In this document: piece by piece, positions 55,934 to 64,000 of the stretch | Numbering within the stretch: position 1 is the first letter of the stretch | Layout of the letters: each line of letters begins with the position of its first letter | Assembly: GCA_964016885.1 (NCBI GenBank) | Contig: OZ024740.1 | Location: 43,400,001-43,464,000, forward strand | DNA from: Eledone cirrhosa | Lineage: Eukaryota | Direction of reading: 5' to 3' | Length of the DNA: 64,000 bases | Notes under the pieces: model-generated | Databases searched by the model: none | What the model was told of the DNA's origin: nothing | The model's input: the letters and a program-made list of their open reading frames with translations, nothing else | Made by a program: the position numbers and the translations under genes

Positions 55934-58400
55934 TTTAGGAATTACCAAAGAGTGCTTAGAAATATATTGTTTTATTAGCTAACAGTGTTTCATCCGTACC
56001 CTAAGGCAGGGCTCATCAGAGCCTATAAACAAGAGTATATCAATAGTTGCATGCTCCATCAAGCTGCGTCACCAGAACAATGTTAAGGGGCCAGTCGGGG
56101 GTTACCGAGCCCGCGCTAAATAGAAACAGACACAATTCATGACGCATATACTGTCATAAGATATCGTAAAAAAAGTCATCAAAAATGTCATAAAAAATTA
56201 CATCAAAGATCACATTTAAAATGTATCATTTACATGGTGCAATAAATGACAAGGAGGTTGGTAGGAGATAGCAGGGAATGAGTGAAGGTGTTACTCAGCA
56301 TGATCAAAACAATAAAAAAATAAAAAAATAAAAAGACAATAAAAAATAAAAAAACGCAGAAGCAAAATACCAAAAATAAACAAACAAATCAAGGCATAGA
56401 TACATCAAAGCACTATCAGTGTAGATACAGGATGTACAGGCAGATTAATAGATCTTGCAAGCATGAGTTTGTGTGAAGGATAGTTGGTGCAGCTTTGTAT
56501 GTAGGATTGTCTATAGGAAGGTTATACCGCCTTGTAATAGGTCGATCCTCCGTATCCTATCAGCACTCTACGGACAACATCCATTGGTTCCAGTTCCGGT
56601 CGTTAGGCGAAGTAACACTATGTTTCCAAAACATATACTCCGGGGATTTATAGGCAGTCAGCGATAAACCCCTTAATCTAAAATAAAATAAAGTACGATG
56701 AGTTGAAGAGAGGTAGGATATATGTACAGCCGGCACTCCAGTGAGGAAATTGAAAATACCGCAGGTCCGTAATAACTGCAATCTCCCAAAGTCCTCACGT
56801 TCGGTCAGTCAACCCAACGTCCCAAGTGAAATTCACTGTGAGGCCGAATCGGCCTCGAAACAAATTGTTATAAAGTATACAATTATACCGCTGTAAATGA
56901 AGATCGTGATGGCTATTCCGTCACATAAACAGAAGGTGTGTACAGAGAACTCCGCTTCCAGAATTACTTATGGCAGAGTGGAGCAAAATAAGCGGGTTTA
57001 TTAGAGTGGGTGCAAATTTATGAAGAAAATATAAAGAACTCACGTCTAAAGCTGTCAATGACAACTAAGTTATTTATATGTCCGCCACGTGGTTTTCGTG
57101 TAGATTACTGAATCCGGAGGATGTAATCTATTCACAGTCGGGTGTGACCCCTCCTGGGTCGGCCGGAAGTCAATATCTACTGCCGCACACTGCCTTGAGT
57201 GTGGTTCTATTATCCATCATAATTGCAGCACAATTCATATTCTGCAATTTCAAAATTTCAAAGGTTAGCCTCTCGCTAGTAACACACAACGGTTGTCATA
57301 ATACAGGAAGTCGAAGTGCGCTTATGAAAAGTATGGGAAGCAATTCGCGTCATAAAGGGTGGATTCATTAGATATCCTCGCGACGCTTGTGGCAAGTCAT
57401 TTGTTCGATTCAAAGCCCTCGGCGACCAATTACCTCTCCCCCCCCCGGGTCTTGATCGATTCTGGGGCACCCAGCCCACATGATTTGCTCTCTTATTTCA
57501 CTATACTATATTAGGGTCAAGGCTATCCGGACACCGGTTGCCCAAACCATCCGCTTTATAGCTGCGGCGGAGTTTGTTGGGCTTTCGACAGACTAATATG
57601 CAGTGCTATCAGTTAGCGCACAATAGGTGCGTTTATAAACCGTATCATTATGGTTAGTGTGGGTAGGTGCCTGCATAGGGTCAAACTATTCTAGGTATAG
57701 TGAAAAGCCTTAAGCAGGTTGTACTCTATGTGTTATTGGTTAGTGGTGATAAGATGAACTAGGGAAGAAGGGAAGAAAAAAGTAAGCTAGTGGGGAAGAG
57801 AGAAATAAAATAGGAGAGTAGCCTATGTACACTTGAGGGGCAGTTAAGGTTACAGAGGAACCAGGAACCAGGGTGGCGCGGTTTTACGTAGGCCTGACAG
57901 GGGGGAGGTGTGCAAATCCTACAGCGTTAGCTAATGTGTCTAAAGTAATAGAAGAGAATATTTCCGTTTTCCTATTTAGCAGGTTCAGTTTGGAGTATAT
58001 TATGGCTTGTGATTCAGAGAGACAAAGGTCACAGGTCTTGCTAAGGGGTCTGTACTGCGATCATTTAATGATGATTCTCCAATCAAGCTTGTATTGAATA
58101 TCAATGTTCTTCAGGAGGGATATGTAACTAGCTAGGGATGTGGTATTCTTAAGTCTATCAAGACTGAACGTATAGCGATGGGAGTTGTATCTAGTCTTAA
58201 AGGAGGTCGATGTAGCCTCGATATATGTTTTGGAAGAGGTTCGAGAGTTGTAACTACACAAGCGTAGACAATATTGTTTATAAGGCACAGCCCCTTCAGG
58301 GGGCACTCATCCTTTCGTCTGCAGTTACATTTGCGGTGTATGTCACTCCGCGGTACAGGAGATGTTTGGTTTTCCGTACGTTCCATATTTGGCAACTGTA
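55932..58400 (-). mobile_element. PLE 3' part: GIY-YIG (~57885-58380) plus ~1.95 kb tail ending in (TA)n
   Basis: CNCRRKDECPLKGLCLINNIVYAC / TYI.AT.TSFKTRYNSH / TSLASYI..LK / CDLCLSE..LNRKTE; hammerhead-like motif near the terminus. Continuity of the whole tail is inferred. Confidence 0.75.
55977..56023 (-). ncRNA. Hammerhead-like motif
   Basis: ggcu-CUGAUGA-gcccugccuuaggguacggau-GAAA-cacug-UU-agcu; irregular stem II. Confidence 0.55.
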
Positions 58401-58406
58401 CACACA

Positions 58407-59092
<686 letters not shown>

Positions 59093-59177
59093 ATTTTAAA
59101 GAACTCAGGGTTCCTTCTCCTATCAGCACATTATTGACAGGGAATAGCGAGAGTCTATGGCTCCGTTAATTTATCGT

Positions 59178-59231
<54 letters not shown>

Positions 59232-59238
<7 letters not shown>

Positions 59239-59351
59239 AAAAAGGGATGAAATCGAAAATGCAACTGAAGTCTTATTTTTTTTTAAATATATATATTAAA
59301 AAAAAAATAAGACTTCAGTTGCATTTTCGATTTCATCCCTTTTTCTTTATA
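59232..59351. repeat. 120 bp near-perfect palindrome built from the family G terminus
   Basis: Right arm cagttgcattttcgatttcatc matches 6901-6922 and 8404-8425. Confidence 0.92.
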
Positions 59352-59406
59352 CTTCCACTCGTGTAGGACACCTCGGTTATTTTTCATTTTGTAAAAAAAA
59401 CCTCAC

Positions 59407-59456
<50 letters not shown>

Positions 59457-59529
59457 ATTAGGTTAGACAGTAAGTTCTCACCATTATTCAGATTTTTGTT
59501 AACAAGGCGTTTTTAACATAAGGAACATT

Positions 59530-59925
59530 TTACATGTCTAAATAATCGCTACTATTTGCGATTACCGTTTGTCAGCATTTAAGAAGCCACACAATTCCAT
59601 CCCTATAAAATTCTTCTGACTTTGATGCAAAGAATTCCGTCAGCCACTGGTCTTCATTGGCGAAAGAAGGTTTTTGATTGCATTTCATTGTTCACTGTGT
59701 CGTTGGGTGAATACGGTGGGTGGGGCAGAACCTCCCAACCTAGCTACAGCAGCTTCTCATGCGACATGCTTTATGTATGCCGCTGAGAGTCATCATGGAG
59801 GAATCGAATAGTACTACGGTGTGGCCACACCTACGCGATTTTCGCCGCTAATCTGTCAAGTTTATGGCAATAGACGTCAGTGGTTAAGCTGGTGTTCGGT
59901 GGGAGCAGCTCATCGTGAATGACAA
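59530..59925 (-). pseudogene. Decayed mariner transposase fragment
   Basis: ELLPPN.....VYC.KLDRL...FLHDD...LGWEVLPHPPYSP...FFASKSEEFYRDGI, with stops. Confidence 0.8.
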
Positions 59926-60620
59926 TTTCTAGTACCCATCATCTTTCTCTTTTATTTACTTTATGCCAATCAGTAAAATTAGAAAACTTCTATGATTAAT
60001 GTTAAGAATAAGTCCGAATTAATAAAAGTATATCGAGACGAAAATTGGTTATCACTATAACGTCATTTCCTTTTCTTAACTGTTTAGCAGAAACCATATA
60101 TTTGATGACTTGCAAGCTCGAGAAATTTATCGATTCGTCCAAAGACAATATTATAGTATAAGCCATTAAATTCTAATTCATTACAACTTAGATTGATATT
60201 TAGAAACTTTCCAATGATTGCATTATACTAAAACGATGTGTATTTGAAAAGTAAATAACATTCTGAATTTAATTGAAATGCAAGAAGAGAAAGAAACGTA
60301 CCTGCAATGCTACTTAAGCAATGAAAGTAAAAAGAACACGTAATCCCGAAATAGCCTATATTTAAAAAGAAACTTTAATATAAAATCGAAAGTTTTGATA
60401 GTACATAATTCCATTTCTGTAGATAATTTATCAATTTCAAGATTTAATTTAGTAATTTTCAAAATGAGATGAAGCAGAAATATCTAAAAAAAATAAAACG
60501 TAAAAGAATATTTATCACGCATAATTGAATTGAAAATGAAAAAAAATATTTTCTGTACATTTTCGCAAAAATTATAAGCTTGTAAACGACTTCTTGACTC
60601 ACTCTTTCTTTCTCTCTCTT

Positions 60621-60687
<67 letters not shown>

Positions 60688-60778
60688 GTATATGTGTGTA
60701 TGTGAGTCTATATGTATACTTTTATGTATGCACAGGCACACACATATACATTTACACACACACACACACATATATATA

Positions 60779-60978
60779 TATGAAAATGTTTAACCCCTAC
60801 GGCAGAGCTCAAGCCGTTTCGACGGCTATTTCTGGACTCTAGTCCAGAAATAGCCGTCGACAGGGCTTCAGCTCTGCCGTCGTGGTTAAACATTTTCATA
60901 TTACCCACTCTACTACCCTAAGTATTGAGTACTCTGGTGCGTTATGGTCCATCTGGTTCCTTACCACACTTCCTTCGT

Positions 60979-60980
<2 letters not shown>
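60779..60980. mobile_element. PLE family A pLTR-only fold-back between (TA)n tracts
   Basis: Arms 60779-60838 and 60841-60900; right arm continues to the pLTR end. Confidence 0.9.
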
Positions 60981-61005
<25 letters not shown>

Positions 61006-61009
<4 letters not shown>

Positions 61010-61740
61010 GTAGAAAAAATAACAAAAAGATGACAAGACAACGAAGGGGAATAAGGCAAAGCGAAAAGAAAATCATAGGGAAACCTTAAAAAATTGTTTA
61101 AAAATAAAAATATAAACAATAAGGGTCATCGGCCGTTGAGATGGACTTTGGTAGTTTCAAACACTACCTAGGGTACTGGTGGTCCACTCGGGGTCACAAT
61201 TTTATATGATGTCAGGGATATATGAATGAAACAAAGGAAATGAAAGGAAGAAAAGGTAAACGGAAGAAAAAAGGGCAAGAAGAAGAAAGTAATACATCGT
61301 TTTCAAAAATGTAAGCTATTGACATTAATGCGGAGAGAACAGATGACACGTTCGTGACAGTCTAGTAATGACAAACTTAGGAAAATTAACAAAAAGAGGA
61401 CAGACGCCACATAAAATTCTATGTGTACTTAATTGCTTAATTGCTATTAGTTAATGTTTTGTCTTGTCTCTTACTCCACTGAACAGCGCTTTGGCTTGTG
61501 TCAGACGCTGTGACCCCAGGTGGACCAGCAGTACCTTTGGTAGGGGTCGAGACTGCCAAAGTCCATCTCAACAGCAGATGAATCTGGTGTTTTGTGTATT
61601 TCATCTGCATTTTATTTTTTTTTTAATATTTTATTACAGTTTCCAAAATTGTTTCTCTTTTTGCATTGTTTTCCTTCACTATCTTGTCCGCCCTTTGCTA
61701 ATTTTTGTGAGTTTATCATTATTAATCTGTGTCGTATATA
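61006..61740. mobile_element. Diverged head-to-head pair of related termini between TA runs
   Basis: 61126-61198 is a diverged reverse complement of 61509-61581. Confidence 0.65.
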
Positions 61741-61937
61741 TGTAGTAAGACGTGCGCTAACAGCCGAAGTGTATGATAAAGTTATATCTGGACAAATGCA
61801 GAATGTGTAACAAAGACTGCAACAACGTGTCTACCCATATAGCCATATCTAATTTGTAACATGCCAGAAAATACGAACTTCCATGTAAATTGATCAGAAT
61901 CTTTAATCGAATTTCGGATATAAATATATATCGACAT

Positions 61938-62150
61938 CGATCGACTTTCGTCAAATCTAACCGAGGAAACAATATCTCTGTTGGTCTTTCCAATTGCTAA
62001 TACTATCTCTCAGTCACAACACCTTGTAGAAGGAGCAACGTATAAAGTGTTGAAATAAAGTGTCTTGCTAAAGGACATAACGCATCGCCCGACCCAGGAA
62101 TTGAACTCACACCTCGCGATTGCGAATCGAATTCTCTAACTACTCACCCA
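61938..62150 (-). mobile_element. tRNA-derived SINE family 2 copy
   Basis: Reverse complement of 62312-62518. Confidence 0.85.
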
Positions 62151-62159
62151 ATACGTAAT

Positions 62160-62263
<104 letters not shown>

Positions 62264-62301
62264 CGTATTGGGTGAGTGGTTATATATATATATATATATA
62301 T

Positions 62302-62523
62302 GAGTGAAGGCATGTGGCTGAAAGGTTAGAGAATTGGATTCACAATCGTAAGGTTATGAGTTCGATTCCTGGACCAGGCGATGCGTTATGTCCTTGAGCA
62401 AGACACTTTATTTCACGTTGCTCCTTCTACCTGGAGTTGCGACCGATAGATAGTATTAGCAATTGGAAAGACCAACGGAAACATTGTTCCCTCGGTCCGA
62501 TTTGACGAAAGTCGATCGTTCCT
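62302..62523 (+). mobile_element. tRNA-derived SINE family 2 copy
   Basis: A box gtggctgaaaggttagag, B box gagttcgattcc, then tgtccttgagcaagacactt core. Confidence 0.85.
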
Positions 62524-62551
62524 ATTATTATTATATATATATATATATATA

Positions 62552-62712
62552 TAACGAAGGAAATGTGGTAAGGAACCATGTGGACCATAACGCACCAAAG
62601 TACTCAATACTTGAGGTAGTAGAGTGTTTGTAAATTTATAAATATATAATAAATTGAAGTGAAAGCACTGGTGCGTGTGTTTCTTATTGGCAACATGACC
62701 CACCCAAAGTAT

Positions 62713-62720
<8 letters not shown>
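62552..62720. mobile_element. Chimeric head-to-head unit: family A terminus (-) fused to family B terminus (+)
   Basis: 62552-62626 matches the reverse complement of 60906-60980; 62627-62720 is the reverse complement of 62844-62937; (TA)n on both sides. Confidence 0.88.
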
Positions 62721-62779
<59 letters not shown>

Positions 62780-62811
62780 GTATATATATATATTACGTAT
62801 TGGGTGAGTGG

Positions 62812-62844
<33 letters not shown>

Positions 62845-62851
<7 letters not shown>

Positions 62852-63453
62852 ATACTTTGGGTGGGTCATGTTGCCAATAAGAAACACACGCACCAGTGCT
62901 TTCACTTCAATTTATTATATATTTATAAATTTACAAATTTATAAATCTATAAATTTCTGGTTGGTTGGTTGGTTCCACAACCAGATAGTTGTTTATATAT
63001 AGTCATAGTCCTTTCGTCACACACTCTGTGACCTCTTCAGTGACTGGGGATTCCTTTCTTTGTTTCTGTGCCTCTCCTTTGTTCTGTCCTACGCCATTTT
63101 GTTTCTGTGTGTGTGTTGTGTGCTCAGTTTGCGCATGCGTCACGTCCGGGTGTCTGTGTGTGTTTATGTTCATTTATCTATTTGTTTATTTATTTATTTA
63201 TTTACATGTTATTGGTTGGTTGTTTGTTCTATGTGTGTGTGTTTTCATTTTGTCCTTAATTGTAAGTTGTGATGTTGCTGTTCCACTCATATTTTCTATT
63301 TAATTTTAGTTGTAATTCTTTTATGTTTATTGCCTCTGTAATTTGTCTAAACATTGCATCTTTTCTGTGTGTAGATTCTATTTTTATTTCTATGTTCTCT
63401 AATTTACCCTTGTGTTCTATCTTAGCATGTTGGTAGAGTACAGATGATTCTAA
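62845..63453 (-). mobile_element. PLE family B 3' end: GIY-YIG C-terminus (63256-63453) plus tail
   Basis: ESSVLYQHAKIEH...DAMFRQITEAINI..LNRKYEW*; hammerhead at 63001. Confidence 0.85.
63001..63045 (-). ncRNA. Type I hammerhead ribozyme (family B)
   Basis: aguca-CUGAAGA-g-gucac agagugu gugac-GAAA-ggac-UA-ugacu. Confidence 0.85.
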
Positions 63454-63560
63454 AGAATCATCTGTACTCTATCGATGTCGTGTATCCGTTCAGTTTGAGT
63501 ACTTCCAGGAAATGTGTGGTGTGTGTGTCTCGGTCTCTAGCGTCGGTGCATTTGTCCTTC

Positions 63561-64000
63561 ACAGTAGACAATACGTACTTCACCTTCCACCACCACACAT
63601 ACAGACAGACAACAGGATTACCCATGGGATCCAGCCTATCGGGCCTGCTGGCCATCACCTACATGAACCAGCTAGAATGCCGAGCCCTCAACACCTGCCA
63701 TTCCCATGCCTTCTTCACCCGATATGTAGATGACATACTCATCCTCACATCATCCCGTGAGGAGGCAGATAAAATATACACAACATTCTCCAGCATGGAC
63801 GCCAGTATAAAGTTCAGCATGGAACACCCCGACGACCGCGGATCCCTATCCCTACTGGACTTCCAACTCAGGGTAACAGAGGAAGGCAACATCCACACCT
63901 GCTTCTATAAAAAAGCCGCCAGCAGGGACCTGTTCGTACATTTCAGATCGGCCCTCCCACTCGGTGCCAAGTTCGGATACATAAGGAACAAACTGGCACG
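63561..64000 (+). mobile_element. PLE reverse transcriptase core, open reading frame running off the window end (not in the ORF track)
   Basis: NTYFTF....YRQTTGLPMGSSLSGLLAITYM...FTRYVDDILI...IKFSME...LSLLD...FYKK; preceded by an inverted thumb-region fragment 63472-63560 (LKLNGY). Confidence 0.9.

Noticed and set aside
62302-62385. Functional tRNA gene
   Set aside because: Continues into a shared SINE body present in several copies; cloverleaf is imperfect

Overview
Very AT-rich eukaryotic DNA with dense (TA)n/(CA)n microsatellites. The SINE families look like octopus (coleoid cephalopod) repeats; this is my recognition, not a database result. I find no supportable host protein-coding gene, rRNA or CRISPR array. 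The window is a mosaic of decayed mobile elements: Penelope-like elements (PLEs; RT and GIY-YIG fragments), RTE, R4/Dong-like and CRE-like LINE fragments, an internally deleted Chapaev3 transposon with both TIRs and a TTA target-site duplication, a mariner remnant, two non-autonomous Helitron families and two tRNA-derived SINE families. The most striking structure is PLE-related. About 15 intact or degenerate type I hammerhead-ribozyme motifs sit roughly 15-170 nt upstream of a junction with a (TA)n-type tract. Element 3' ends are repeatedly arranged head-to-head with both tails pointing outward into (TA)n, either as same-family fold-backs (120 bp to 2.9 kb) or as chimeras of two different families. 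I infer double-ended reverse-transcriptase insertion or healing at broken (TA)n tracts. Coordinates were read by eye and may be off by a few bases.
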